Assembly (NCBI GenBank): GCA_026991575.1
Contig: JALXBF010000155.1
Span: 1-41,341 of the forward strand
Source of the DNA: Planctomycetota bacterium
GTDB lineage: Bacteria > Planctomycetota > Planctomycetia > JALXBF01
Direction of reading: 5' to 3'
Length of the DNA stretch: 41,341 nucleotides
The notes beneath the pieces are model-generated. The model worked only from the letters and a program-made list of their open reading frames with translations. It was not told where the DNA came from and searched no databases. Below are positions 9,464-19,202 of the stretch, in pieces. How positions within the stretch are numbered: the stretch's first letter is position 1; the number at the start of each line of letters is the position of its first letter. The position numbers were made by a program, and so were the translations under genes.

Positions 9464-9733
9464 ATGGAGCTGTCCGAACGCATCCCAATTCGGGTGCCCG
9501 AGGTTGGACTTGAGCCCGAATGCGAGGTTCAGGTCAGCATGTGGTTTGCGCGACCGGGCGAGCTTGTGCTCGAGGGCGACCGGCTGGTGGAACTGCTCGC
9601 CGAGGATGTCACCTTCGACGTTACGGCACCGGTAACCGGGCGTGTCGTCGAGATCCTGCGTGACGTGGACGAGCCGGTCGAGCCCGGCGAAACGATCGGC
9701 TGGCTCGAAGCCAGCGTTGAAGACGCATGGTGA
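9464..9733 (+). CDS. Stand-alone biotin/lipoyl-attachment domain protein lacking the acceptor lysine
   Basis: IRVPEVG...W...PGELVLEGDRLVELLAEDVTFDVTAPVTGRVVEI...VEPGETIG lipoyl-fold pattern; GAGGA SD. Confidence 0.85.
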   Translation: MELSERIPIRVPEVGLEPECEVQVSMWFARPGELVLEGDRLVELLAEDVTFDVTAPVTGRVVEILRDVDEPVEPGETIGWLEASVEDAW

Positions 9734-9750
9734 AGAGCCAACGGGCTCTT
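9733..9750 (+). terminator. Possible terminator hairpin after the lipoyl-domain gene
   Basis: AAGAGCC-AACG-GGCTCTT directly at the stop codon; weak U-tract. Confidence 0.35.
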
Positions 9751-10083
9751 GCGTAGAGGCAGTCACCCTCGGCCAGCCCTGCTCGCCCCGCGCCGCCGGC
9801 ACGTAGCAACGTTCCCGGCCATCGGCACCAAGCGCCACGCTGCCCGGCAGCAGAAGGTGTTACGGCGGCACGAGTGCTACCACGATCCGAGCACGCCCAC
9901 ACCACCAGCAGCGCCGGGCCCCGGGGCATGCGTGCAAAGCGTCGGCTTTGACCACGCTCTCCCGGCCTGGAGCGACCGAACGCAGATCGTCGGGGCAGCA
10001 CGCACTTGTCCCACTGGTGAGCGGCTGCAGGAATTGGTAAACTACGTGAGCGTAGCATCCTGCCGTGGTGGTGCCCGACGCTG

Positions 10084-10533
10084 GTGGCAGAGAACGCCGA
10101 GATCGCTCACAAGCCGAAGCTGTTTGTGCTCGTTCCCGTCGGCGGTAGCGGTCGACCGGTGCCTTTGCGCAGGCCGCTTTATGTGGTTGGCCGTTCGCGG
10201 CACGTGGACATCCGCATCCGGGACCGCGCCGTCTCCAAGGTTCACGCCATCCTGTTTAACTGCGCCGGCGCTCTACTGATCCGCGACCTTGGCAGCACGA
10301 ACGGTACACGGGTCAACGGCCAACGGATCCGATTGGGCGTGCTGCTACCCGGAGACAAGGTCAGCTTCGCCGCGCGCACCTTCGAGGTGAGGGTCCAGAC
10401 GCCCGATGACACAGACCGTGCCGGCTACCAGAAGACGGTGTGCGACATGGAAGCCCTTGATCCGGTCGAAGAGGAGCTGGCCGAGCCGAGTTCGCCGGTG
10501 ATTCGCGTAATGCGCAGCTCGCGTCGCCGTTAG
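10084..10533 (+). CDS. FHA domain protein
   Basis: VVGR...VSKVHA...IRDLGSTNGTRVNG...PGDKV FHA signature. Confidence 0.9.
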   Translation: MAENAEIAHKPKLFVLVPVGGSGRPVPLRRPLYVVGRSRHVDIRIRDRAVSKVHAILFNCAGALLIRDLGSTNGTRVNGQRIRLGVLLPGDKVSFAARTFEVRVQTPDDTDRAGYQKTVCDMEALDPVEEELAEPSSPVIRVMRSSRRR

Positions 10534-10604
10534 CACGGTCTGAAGCTCGCATTCGTCACGCCCGCCCGAGCCCAACTGTTGCGGACGTCTCTGAGGTCGC
10601 ACCC

Positions 10605-11504
10605 ATGGCAACGATAAACCGTCGCTCCTTCCTTGCGACCGCCCTTGCAGCAACCGCGGCCGCTGCTGCGGCAGCCCGACCCGCAGCAGCAATCGATCCG
10701 ATCCGGCGTAGGGGTCGGGCAAAGTTCAAATTGAGCCTGGCCGCCTACTCGTTCCGGTCCTATCTGACCGGCAAACGGCCCCGCTGGACCCTGGACGATT
10801 TCCTGGACTTCTGTGCCGATCAGCAGCTCGACGGCACTGAACCGACCTCCTACTACTTTCCCCGCCCTGTCACGGATGAGTATCTGAACCACTTAAAGGC
10901 CAAAGCCTTCCTGCTCGGGCTGGACATCTCCGGCACCGCGGTGCGCAACAATTTCTGCCTTCCGCCCGGGCCCGCCAGGCAGCGTGAACTGGCGCACGTA
11001 AAGCGTTGGGTAGACTATGCGGCGAAGCTAGGCGCTCCGGTCATACGCATCTTCTCCGGAGGCGTGCCCAAGGGCCGGACACTGGAGGAAGCGCGCAGAT
11101 GGTGCGTTGAAACCATCGAAGAGGCGTGCCAGTACGCCGGCTCGAAGGGGGTGTTCCTCGCGCTGGAGAACCACGGCGGCATTAGTACCACGGCCGAGGA
11201 TCTGTTGGCGGTTGTACGTCGAGTGCGGTCCCCCTGGTTTGGCGTGAACCTGGACACAGGCAATTTCCGCAGTCGCGATCCGTACCGCGACATTGAGCTC
11301 GTGGCGCCGTATGCGATCAACGTGCAGGTGAAGGTTGAGATCCGGCCGGCAGGCAGCGCCCGCCAACCGGCCGACCTGAAACGAATCGTGCGTCTCCTGG
11401 AACAGGCCGGTTACCGCGGGTACTTGGTGTTGGAGTACGAGGCTGCCGAGGACCCACTCACAGCGGTGCCGCGGTACCTGGAACAGCTCCGCTCGCTGAT
11501 CTGA
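10605..11504 (+). CDS. Tat-exported sugar phosphate isomerase/epimerase (xylose isomerase-like TIM barrel)
   Basis: NRRSFL Tat motif; LALENHGG, NLDTGNF, GYRGYLVLEYE. Confidence 0.9.
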   Translation: MATINRRSFLATALAATAAAAAAARPAAAIDPIRRRGRAKFKLSLAAYSFRSYLTGKRPRWTLDDFLDFCADQQLDGTEPTSYYFPRPVTDEYLNHLKAKAFLLGLDISGTAVRNNFCLPPGPARQRELAHVKRWVDYAAKLGAPVIRIFSGGVPKGRTLEEARRWCVETIEEACQYAGSKGVFLALENHGGISTTAEDLLAVVRRVRSPWFGVNLDTGNFRSRDPYRDIELVAPYAINVQVKVEIRPAGSARQPADLKRIVRLLEQAGYRGYLVLEYEAAEDPLTAVPRYLEQLRSLI

Positions 11505-11615
11505 TCCGGCACGCCTCCCGCGGGGATGACCAGATGGCTTGTTGGCAAGCAAGGGACATGCTCGGCCCGTGATCCGATCAGCCGAACCCACCTGGTTTGC
11601 GCACGCTCAAGACGC

Positions 11616-12578
11616 TCATGCATGCTCGCGGGCATCAGGGGATATGGGCTGGCGGTTCCGGGTCGATGCGGCGGTGGACCGGACCGCAGCAATTACCTCC
11701 TCGGCCTGGTAGCTGCTCCGTACGAAGGGCCCGCAAGCAACGGCGCGGAACCCGAACTTGCGCGCCAGCCGCTCCAGTTCTTCGAACTCCTTCGGCGTCA
11801 CATAACGCACGACCGGCATCCGCTCCGGCGCAGGTTGAAGGTACTGGCCGACGGTGAGAATGTCGCAGCCGACGGCACGCAGGTCTGCGAAGACCTCGAG
11901 CAACTCGTCCCACGTCTCGCCCAGCCCGACCATCAAGCCGCTCTTGGTGGCGACCTCTGGGGCAAGCTCCTTGCTGAGTTGCAGCAGCCTGAGGCTGCGG
12001 CGGTAGTCCGCGTTCCGCCGGACTCGGTCGTAGAGCCTTGGCACGGTTTCGACATTGTGGTTCAGGACCTCGGGTCGAGCGTCGAGGACGGTCCGCAGCG
12101 CGTGCCAGTCACCGCGGAAATCGGGTATCAGAACTTCGATGGTCGCGCCGGTCCGCCGGCGGACGCTGCGGATAACCGCGGCAAAGTGGCTGGCACCGCC
12201 GTCTGGCAGGTCGTCGCGGGTTACGGAGGTGATCACGACGTGCTTCAGGCCTAGTCGCGCGGCAGCCTCCGCAACCCGCTCCGGCTCATCCGGTTCCGGT
12301 GGTGCCGGCTTGCCGCGTTGGACGGAGCAGAAGGAGCATGGTCGGGTGCAGACGTTGCCCAGAATCATGAACGTGGCCGTCAGCCGCGCGTAGCACTCTG
12401 GCCGATTTGGGCACCGTGCGTTTTCGCAGACGGTCTCCAACCGCAGCTCACGCAGCACGCGGGTGGTTAGCGCGTTGAAGTTGCCGCGCGGCAACGGACG
12501 CTTCAGCCACTGCGGGAGCCGAGGCCGCCAGGCGGCCGAGGACGGCTTAGGATCGACGAGCGGTAACTGCTGCATCAC
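11616..12578 (-). CDS. lipA: Lipoyl synthase
   Basis: CENARCPNRPEC (CX4CX5C), CTRPCSFC (radical SAM), NHNVETV, KSGLMVGLGE, RSSY. Confidence 0.97.
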   Translation of the reverse strand: MMQQLPLVDPKPSSAAWRPRLPQWLKRPLPRGNFNALTTRVLRELRLETVCENARCPNRPECYARLTATFMILGNVCTRPCSFCSVQRGKPAPPEPDEPERVAEAAARLGLKHVVITSVTRDDLPDGGASHFAAVIRSVRRRTGATIEVLIPDFRGDWHALRTVLDARPEVLNHNVETVPRLYDRVRRNADYRRSLRLLQLSKELAPEVATKSGLMVGLGETWDELLEVFADLRAVGCDILTVGQYLQPAPERMPVVRYVTPKEFEELERLARKFGFRAVACGPFVRSSYQAEEVIAAVRSTAASTRNRQPISPDAREHA

Positions 12579-13287
12579 CGCGTAGCCGGACGTTCAGCAG
12601 GTGGTCGCCTGCCGTGACGAAGTAGTCTTCAATCATAAAGGCTTGGGTGAAATGCCGCACGGTCGCCTCTCGGACCTTGGCCATAGGCGTCGGTTTGGCC
12701 CGGAGCGCTTCGATCGTGGTGGCCCGGACTGGCCGCAGGGGTTGCAGCTGCAGCAGGTGGAAGCGGTCCGGACACAGGGAGACGTTGATCCAGAACCCGA
12801 ACGTCGCAACATGCCGGTGTGCAGCAAGGCCCCAGCCGGCCAGCAAGCGTCCACCGCAGAACACGTAGCCGCCCCGCTTGAATTCGACCGGATCGACAAC
12901 CAGTTCGCGTAGCACGGCACGCAGCACGGCCACGAGCCGGCGTCGATAGCTACCGAGGTCCATTCCTGCAAGCGGGTAGACCGGATACGCCACTAGCTGG
13001 CCCGGCAGATGCAGCCAGCAGCCGCCGCCGCGGTTCACCCAGTGCAGGGTCACGCCCGCACGGCGAAGCTGCTCGTCGTCCCAGGCGATCTGGCCACGAC
13101 TGCCGGTGCGGCCAATGGTCACCGAGGGAGGATGCTCGCAGAGCAATAGCGCCGCTAACCGGCCAGGCTGGCCCGATGCCTCGTAGGCCAGGCGGCGCTG
13201 CAGGTAGAGTGCATCGTCGACGGTGATCTGCCCGAGCAGATACACCTGCAGCGACGGCGCGTTGTACCGCCTGGCACGATCGTGCAT
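12547..13287 (-). CDS. lipB: LipB-like octanoyltransferase homologue, catalytic Lys and Cys apparently absent
   Basis: LLLCEHPPSVTIGR, NRGGG..LHLPGQLVAYP match LipB; overlaps the lipA start; KIASIG replaced by LLAGWG and PCG absent. Confidence 0.8.
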   Translation of the reverse strand: MHDRARRYNAPSLQVYLLGQITVDDALYLQRRLAYEASGQPGRLAALLLCEHPPSVTIGRTGSRGQIAWDDEQLRRAGVTLHWVNRGGGCWLHLPGQLVAYPVYPLAGMDLGSYRRRLVAVLRAVLRELVVDPVEFKRGGYVFCGGRLLAGWGLAAHRHVATFGFWINVSLCPDRFHLLQLQPLRPVRATTIEALRAKPTPMAKVREATVRHFTQAFMIEDYFVTAGDHLLNVRLRGDAAVTARRS

Positions 13288-13333
13288 CGTCTTCGGCCAC
13301 TCACAGGCTCAGTTCTGCGGGACATCCGTTGCC

Positions 13334-13362
13334 ATTAAAGCGGCTGGTTGCCCCACCGACAA
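13334..13362 (-). promoter_or_regulatory. Putative sigma70 promoter for lipB-lipA
   Basis: Minus strand TTGTCG-N17-TTTAAT about 45 nt upstream of the lipB ATG. Confidence 0.4.
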
Positions 13363-13765
13363 GGGGAACAAACTGGGTACCCCAGCCGGAGGGGCCGTGT
13401 CGTACCACGGCCGCGGGCTATGCGGCCAGGTGGCCGAACGCCATCGGCCACTGTCACGCTTTCGCCCACGGGGCCACGCATTCAGTGTAACGTGGCGTAG
13501 CAGGCGGCGTTGCTTACGTGACGGCACGACTCCGGCTTGCGTGCCCGCGGCGCCACTGATGACATATCCGCGCACTCTGCGGCGGGCTCGGCGGCCCGGT
13601 GACCCTCGCGGCAAACGGACTGTCGTTGACGCGAGCTATCGAAGCCGGTAGGAAGGCGACCGAGACACCGGCAACGACTTGAAGCCACTGGGCGTTGTTG
13701 CCACATCCTGGGATGCATCTGCCGAGCAATCACGCAGTGATCGCTGCATCATTTCGAGGTGGCCT

Positions 13766-15631
13766 ATGTGCGGCATTGTCGGATTCGTTGGCAAACGGCC
13801 TGCTCAGGACATCCTGGTCGAGAGTCTCCGCCTCCTGGAGTATCGCGGCTACGATTCGGCCGGTGTGGCCACGGTGAAGCGTGGCGAGCTCTTTGTGCGC
13901 AAGCGAGCCGGGCGGATCGACGATCTGGCTGAGTTACTTCGCCAGGATCCGGTCCCGGGCTTCTGCGGCATCGGTCACACTCGATGGGCCACGCACGGCG
14001 CGCCGACCGACTCCAACGCCCACCCCCACGTGGGCGGCAACGGGCTGGTGGCAGTCGTACACAACGGCGTCATCGAGAATTACGCGACCTTGCGCCAACG
14101 GCTGGAAGCGCTTGGCTATGAGTTTCAAAGTGACACCGATACGGAAGCCATCGCGCATCTGATCGCCCATCACCTGGTCAGTTTGCACGAAGAGGGCCAT
14201 AACGGCGCTCCCGGTGAGGCGCTGGTTGAGGCGGTCCGGCAAGCTACGGCACAGCTGAAAGGTACCTATGGCATCGCCGTCATCTCGCCGCTTTACCCGG
14301 ACATGATCGTCGGTGCGCGGCTGGGCAGCCCGTTGGTTCTGGGCGTCGGTCGCTCGGAGCATTTCCTGGCCAGCGACTCTGCCGCCCTGGTCCGGCACAC
14401 CGGTCGGGTGGTTTACCTGAACGACGGCGAAATCGTCACGGTCCGAGCCGACGAATTCCAGGTGGAACACATCGAACGCGGCGCGGTTGTGCCCAGCATC
14501 CAAACGCTGGACTGGTCGGCCGAAGACACGGACAAGGGCCCGTATCCTCACTACATGCTGAAGGAGATCTTCGAACAGCCTCGCGCGATTGAGAACGCCA
14601 TGCGGGGCCGGATCAATGACGCTGACGCCACGGCTCACTTCGGTGGCCTGAATCTCACGCCCCAGCAGCTTGCCCAGGTCCGGCGCATCATCCTGACCGG
14701 CTGCGGAACGAGCTGGCATGCGGGCCTGGTGGGTGAGTACCTGATCGAGGAGTTCGCTCGGATCCCGGTGGAGGTGGAATACGCCAGTGAGCTGCGCTAC
14801 CGCAATCCCCCGATCGAACCGGGCACGATCGTGTTTGCCATTGCCCAATCGGGCGAGACGGCCGACACGCTGGCGGCGCTGCGGGAATCGAAGCGGAAGG
14901 GGATCCCGACGCTTGCCATCGTCAACGTGGTCGGCAGCACGATTGCTCGTGAAGCCGACGGCGGCATCTACCTGCACGCCGGTCCGGAGATCGGGGTAGC
15001 CAGCACCAAGGCGTTCACCGCTCAGATCACCGTGCTGACCCTGCTGGCCGTGTACCTGGGGCGCATGCGGCACCTGTCTGCCCCGGCCGGCGCTCGCCTG
15101 CTGGCGAATCTGCGTCGGATGCCGGAGATCGTGCAGCGGACGCTGGAAGAGGTGCACGATCCGGTTCGGGAACTGGCACACAAGTACCACAATGCACGGA
15201 ACTTCTTGTACCTGGGCCGCCACTATAACTTCCCCATCGCGCTGGAAGGCGCCCTGAAGTTGAAGGAAATCAGCTACATCCATGCCGAAGGGTTGCCGGC
15301 GGCCGAGATGAAACACGGACCGATCGCGCTGGTTGACGAGCAGACCCCATCGGTGATCATTAACCCACGGGGCTGGGTCTACGAGAAGGTCATGGCCAAT
15401 CTGGAGGAGATCAAAGCGCGGAAAGGTCCGGTGATCGCCATCGCGAATGAGGGTGATACGGAGATCGCCCGGCGCGCGGACGATGTCGTGTACGTGCCTG
15501 CGGTTGAGGACTACCTGCAGCCGCTGGTGACGGTAATTCCTCTCCAGTTACTCGCTTACTACATTGCCGTCCTCCGCGGCTGTGACGTCGACAAACCGCG
15601 GAACCTGGCCAAGAGCGTCACGGTCGAGTAG
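13766..15631 (+). CDS. glmS: Glutamine--fructose-6-phosphate aminotransferase (isomerizing)
   Basis: MCGIVG start, LEYRGYDSAG, GHTRWATHG, HNGVIEN, ASTKAF, KHGPIAL, PRNLAKSVTVE; GAGGT SD. Confidence 0.98.
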   Translation: MCGIVGFVGKRPAQDILVESLRLLEYRGYDSAGVATVKRGELFVRKRAGRIDDLAELLRQDPVPGFCGIGHTRWATHGAPTDSNAHPHVGGNGLVAVVHNGVIENYATLRQRLEALGYEFQSDTDTEAIAHLIAHHLVSLHEEGHNGAPGEALVEAVRQATAQLKGTYGIAVISPLYPDMIVGARLGSPLVLGVGRSEHFLASDSAALVRHTGRVVYLNDGEIVTVRADEFQVEHIERGAVVPSIQTLDWSAEDTDKGPYPHYMLKEIFEQPRAIENAMRGRINDADATAHFGGLNLTPQQLAQVRRIILTGCGTSWHAGLVGEYLIEEFARIPVEVEYASELRYRNPPIEPGTIVFAIAQSGETADTLAALRESKRKGIPTLAIVNVVGSTIAREADGGIYLHAGPEIGVASTKAFTAQITVLTLLAVYLGRMRHLSAPAGARLLANLRRMPEIVQRTLEEVHDPVRELAHKYHNARNFLYLGRHYNFPIALEGALKLKEISYIHAEGLPAAEMKHGPIALVDEQTPSVIINPRGWVYEKVMANLEEIKARKGPVIAIANEGDTEIARRADDVVYVPAVEDYLQPLVTVIPLQLLAYYIAVLRGCDVDKPRNLAKSVTVE

Positions 15632-15707
15632 ACTCCGGGGATTTGTGCTACAGTAGGCTACGCTGCCCCAGACCACCCGAGTCGTTGTCGGCAACGGAGG
15701 ACGCGCT

Positions 15708-16292
15708 ATGGATGCAATGTTCTACCGCATGCTCGAAGAACGCTTCCCGAAAGAGGTGACCGTTAAGGGCGGGAAGCGCTACACGTTACGTCCGCTTCTG
15801 CCGACGGATCGAGAGCGTCTGTGGGCATTCTTCAAGGAGATCCCCGAAGAGGATCGGATGTTCCTCAAGCACGATGTCTCCCGCGAAGAGACGATCATCA
15901 CCTGGTGCACCCACATCGACTACGAGAAGGTCCTGCCGATCCTGGCCTTAGACGGAGATAACGTCGCGGCCGACGCCACGCTACATCAGGACCGCGGCGG
16001 CTGGCAAAGCCATATCGGCACGGTACGCATCGTGGTGCACCCGGAGCACCGGCGCAAGGGCCTGGCGTCGGCCATGATCAGCGAACTGATCGAACTGGCC
16101 GCCTTCACCGGCGTCGACTACCTTGAAGCCGAGTGCCTGGCAGACCAGGAGCCGATGCTGCGGTTCTTCGAGCGGCTCGGGTTCAACGAGACGTTCCGGT
16201 TGCCGAATCGCGTGCGCGACCGTCGCATGAACACCCATGACCTGGTGATTCTCAGCTACGAGCTGCGGCCGGAAGGCTTCGAGGCCGATTGA
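15708..16292 (+). CDS. GNAT family N-acetyltransferase
   Basis: VHPEHRRKGLAS acetyl-CoA-binding motif A; FFERLGF; GGAGG SD. Confidence 0.9.
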   Translation: MDAMFYRMLEERFPKEVTVKGGKRYTLRPLLPTDRERLWAFFKEIPEEDRMFLKHDVSREETIITWCTHIDYEKVLPILALDGDNVAADATLHQDRGGWQSHIGTVRIVVHPEHRRKGLASAMISELIELAAFTGVDYLEAECLADQEPMLRFFERLGFNETFRLPNRVRDRRMNTHDLVILSYELRPEGFEAD

Positions 16293-17896
16293 TGGCAATG
16301 GCTTTCGATGTTGTCGTGGTGGGTGGCGGCCACAACGGGTTGACAGCCGCCGCCTACCTCGCCCGGGCCGGTCTTCGAGTGGTGGTCCTGGAGCGGCGAG
16401 CGGTCCTGGGCGGGGCCTGCGTGACGGAGTCCCCCTGGCCCGGCTACCGCATCAACACGGCCGCTTACGTTATCAGCCTCTTCGATCCCACGATCCTTGC
16501 CCAACTCCAGCTCCAGGAACGCTTCGGCCTGCGGCTGCTGCCCCGATCCCCCTCTTCGCTCACGCCGCTGCCTGACGGCCGCCGGCTGGTTCTCGGCCCC
16601 GACCCCAAAGCCAATTACTCATCGATCCGTGCCTTCGACCCGTCGGATGCCGAGCGGTTCACCGCCTACGAGACCCAGCTGGGACGAATCGCAGCGGTCC
16701 TGGAACAGCTAGCCGTACGTGAGCCGCCCGATCCGTGCCGTCCCGGGTTCGGTTCGCTACCGGACAAGCTCGCGCTGTACCGTCTGCTGACTGCCCTTTC
16801 GGGCGACGATGGCTATGCGGCCGTGCGGTTGCTGAGTGGCTCGGCTGGCCGATACCTGCGCAGCTGGTTCCGTTCTGAACCGCTGCTCGCAACGCTGGCG
16901 ACCGACGCCGTGATCGGGGCCATGGCGGGGCCGTCGTCGCCGAGCACCGGTTGGCTGCTGCTCCACCACGTGATGGGACGATGCGGCGGCAAACGCGGCG
17001 TCTGGGCGTACGTGCAGGGAGGGATGGGCAAGCTGACCGAAGCGTTGGCCGCAGCGGCCCGAGCAGCCGGTGCTGAGATCCGCACGAACGCAGACGTGGT
17101 AGCGATCCGAGCACGCCGTGGCCGGGTGCACGCAGTCGTGCTGGCCGATGGCACCGAGTTGACCGCGCGGGCAGTGGCCTGCAATTGCGACGTCCGCCGC
17201 GTGACCGAGCTGTGTGGCGCGGAACTGCCCGAGGAGTTTCGCGATGCGGTCGAGCGGATCGACTTTCGCAGTCCCGTCTGCAAGATCAACCTGGCCGTCG
17301 ACCGCTGGCCCGCGTTCCCCGGCATGAACCCCGACGGTCCCCCGCCCCCGGAACTGGGCGGCACGATCCACATCGTGTCGTCGCTGGAAGGCCTGGATCA
17401 GGCGTACCTGGACGCAGCCGGCCGTGAACCGTCGCGCGAACCGATGTTGGAAATCACCATCCAGAGCGTCGTCGATCCGTCGCTGGCCCCTGAAGGACAC
17501 CACGTCGTCAGCATCTTCGCCCAGTACGTGCCCCCTTCGTGGGCAGAGCGACCCCCCGAGGGGGAGCCGGAACGGTTTGCCGACCGCTGCATCGAGCGGA
17601 TCGAGCAGTACGTTCCTGGGTTCGGCTCTTCGATCCTGCACCGCCAGGTGCTCGGGCCGGCCGAGCTGCAGGCGACGTTCGGGCTGACCGGTGGCAACAT
17701 CTTCCACGGCGCGATGGTGCCGGACCAGCTGCTCTTCATGCGCCCGGTGCCCGGCTGGTCTCGTTATCGGCTACCTCTGGTCGGCCTCTACCTGTGCGGC
17801 TCGTCGGCACACCCCGGGGGCGGCGTCACGGGCCTGCCGGGTCGGCTGGCTGCGCGACGCATCCTGGGCGACTGGCGTATGCTGGCGCGGAGCTAG
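16292..17896 (+). CDS. FAD-dependent oxidoreductase, phytoene desaturase/PYROXD2-like
   Basis: GGGHNGLTAAAYLA dinucleotide motif, GGMG, GGNIFHG, YLCGSSAHPGGGVTG; TGATG coupling to the GNAT gene. Confidence 0.9.
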   Translation: MAMAFDVVVVGGGHNGLTAAAYLARAGLRVVVLERRAVLGGACVTESPWPGYRINTAAYVISLFDPTILAQLQLQERFGLRLLPRSPSSLTPLPDGRRLVLGPDPKANYSSIRAFDPSDAERFTAYETQLGRIAAVLEQLAVREPPDPCRPGFGSLPDKLALYRLLTALSGDDGYAAVRLLSGSAGRYLRSWFRSEPLLATLATDAVIGAMAGPSSPSTGWLLLHHVMGRCGGKRGVWAYVQGGMGKLTEALAAAARAAGAEIRTNADVVAIRARRGRVHAVVLADGTELTARAVACNCDVRRVTELCGAELPEEFRDAVERIDFRSPVCKINLAVDRWPAFPGMNPDGPPPPELGGTIHIVSSLEGLDQAYLDAAGREPSREPMLEITIQSVVDPSLAPEGHHVVSIFAQYVPPSWAERPPEGEPERFADRCIERIEQYVPGFGSSILHRQVLGPAELQATFGLTGGNIFHGAMVPDQLLFMRPVPGWSRYRLPLVGLYLCGSSAHPGGGVTGLPGRLAARRILGDWRMLARS

Positions 17897-18096
17897 CCCA
17901 GAGCTCCCTGCCGAAGTGCCGCCGCTTAACCCTGGGCCATCTGGCTGCGATTGCCGCTCTCAACACGGCCAAGGCGTAACGTAACCTTGCCCCGCCGAAG
18001 CTCTATCACCACCTCGCTGTCGCCCCTGGCGAAGCCTTCCGCAACCGCGGCAGGGCGCGCCGGCGGCGAGCGGTTGCCGGGCGGCCGAGCTGTGCT

Positions 18097-18945
18097 ATGG
18101 TTTTAGTGGCTGCGTCTCTGGCCGCGACGAAGTGGAGGCATGCCGGCATGCTCTTTGAAGAACGCTTCATCTTCATCCCCGTACGCTACCCGGAAGGCAA
18201 CTGGGAGCCGGAGGGGGTGGACTACGAAGAGCTCTGGCTGCCGTCGGCCGGCGGCGTGACGATCCACGGCTGGTTCTGCCGTCACCCGGAGGCTGTGGCC
18301 ACGATCCACTGGTCGCACGGCAACACGGGCAACATCACCCACCGCATCGAAGAGGTGCGGATCTGGCAACAGTACCTGCCCGTGAACATCTTGCTGTACG
18401 ACTACCGCGGCTATGGCCGCAGCGAAGGCACGCCGTCCGAAGAGGGGCTCTTCGCCGACGCGCGCGCCAGCTACCGCTGGCTGGTCGACGTCAAGGGTAT
18501 TGCCCCGGAGCAAATCGTCTTGTTCGGCCGCAGCCTCGGTTCGGCCGTCGCCTGTTATCTGGGCACGCAGGTGCCGCACGCCTGTCTCGTGATGGAAGCA
18601 GGCTTCACGTCGGCCGTCGCGATGGGCGAGCTAATGTTCCCGTGGCTTCCGATCCGGCGGTTTCTGCGCAACCGGTTCGAGACCGACCAGCGTATCAGGC
18701 AGTACCGCGGGCGCGTGCTCATCATCCACGGCACCGCCGACTCGGTGATCCCGTTCGAAATGGGCCGCAAGCTGTACGAGTTGGCATCCGAGCCGAAGCA
18801 GTTCTTCGCCGTTGAAGGTGCCGACCATACGGATGTGCCGATCGTTGCCGGGGAGCGCTACTTTCGGACGCTGGCCGAGTTCTTCCGTTCGGCCGAACTG
18901 CCGATTCCTGAGCCCCGGCCGATGATGGTCTCGCCCGCCCGCTAG
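18097..18945 (+). CDS. Alpha/beta hydrolase (ABHD17/Bem46-like)
   Basis: HGNTG, DYRGYGRSEG, GRSLG nucleophile, HGTAD, GADH triad; start may be ATG 18148. Confidence 0.9.
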   Translation: MVLVAASLAATKWRHAGMLFEERFIFIPVRYPEGNWEPEGVDYEELWLPSAGGVTIHGWFCRHPEAVATIHWSHGNTGNITHRIEEVRIWQQYLPVNILLYDYRGYGRSEGTPSEEGLFADARASYRWLVDVKGIAPEQIVLFGRSLGSAVACYLGTQVPHACLVMEAGFTSAVAMGELMFPWLPIRRFLRNRFETDQRIRQYRGRVLIIHGTADSVIPFEMGRKLYELASEPKQFFAVEGADHTDVPIVAGERYFRTLAEFFRSAELPIPEPRPMMVSPAR

Positions 18946-19202
18946 GGGCGGAAGCGGCCACCGCCAGCCCGGCCCAGGCTCTTGCCCGTCTCGCCAAACC
19001 GCACGCTGCGCCGTCCGGGCCAAGGACGTGCGCCACAGTGGCCCGAGCTACCGCTCTGCGCTGCTTGATCCGTCGGAATGCGGCACGATGCGGGCACGTA
19101 TAATTGGGAACACTCAGGAACCGGGGGCAGGGACACCAGCCCCTGGCCCTTGCTGACGGTCGCGACAAAACCAGTCCTGGATGCCAGTGCGAGGTAGCGA
19201 CA

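Noticed and set aside
8955..9488. N-terminal extensions in the ORF track (373-aa heme protein; similarly glmS, korA, kinase, MBL)
   Set aside because: Internal starts with SD, signal peptides or conserved N-termini fit better; the extension here runs through a promoter
13540..13765. glmS ribozyme upstream of glmS
   Set aside because: Only fragments (GTTGACG, TATCGAA) resemble it; the AGCGCC..GACGAGG core and pseudoknot pairings are not found
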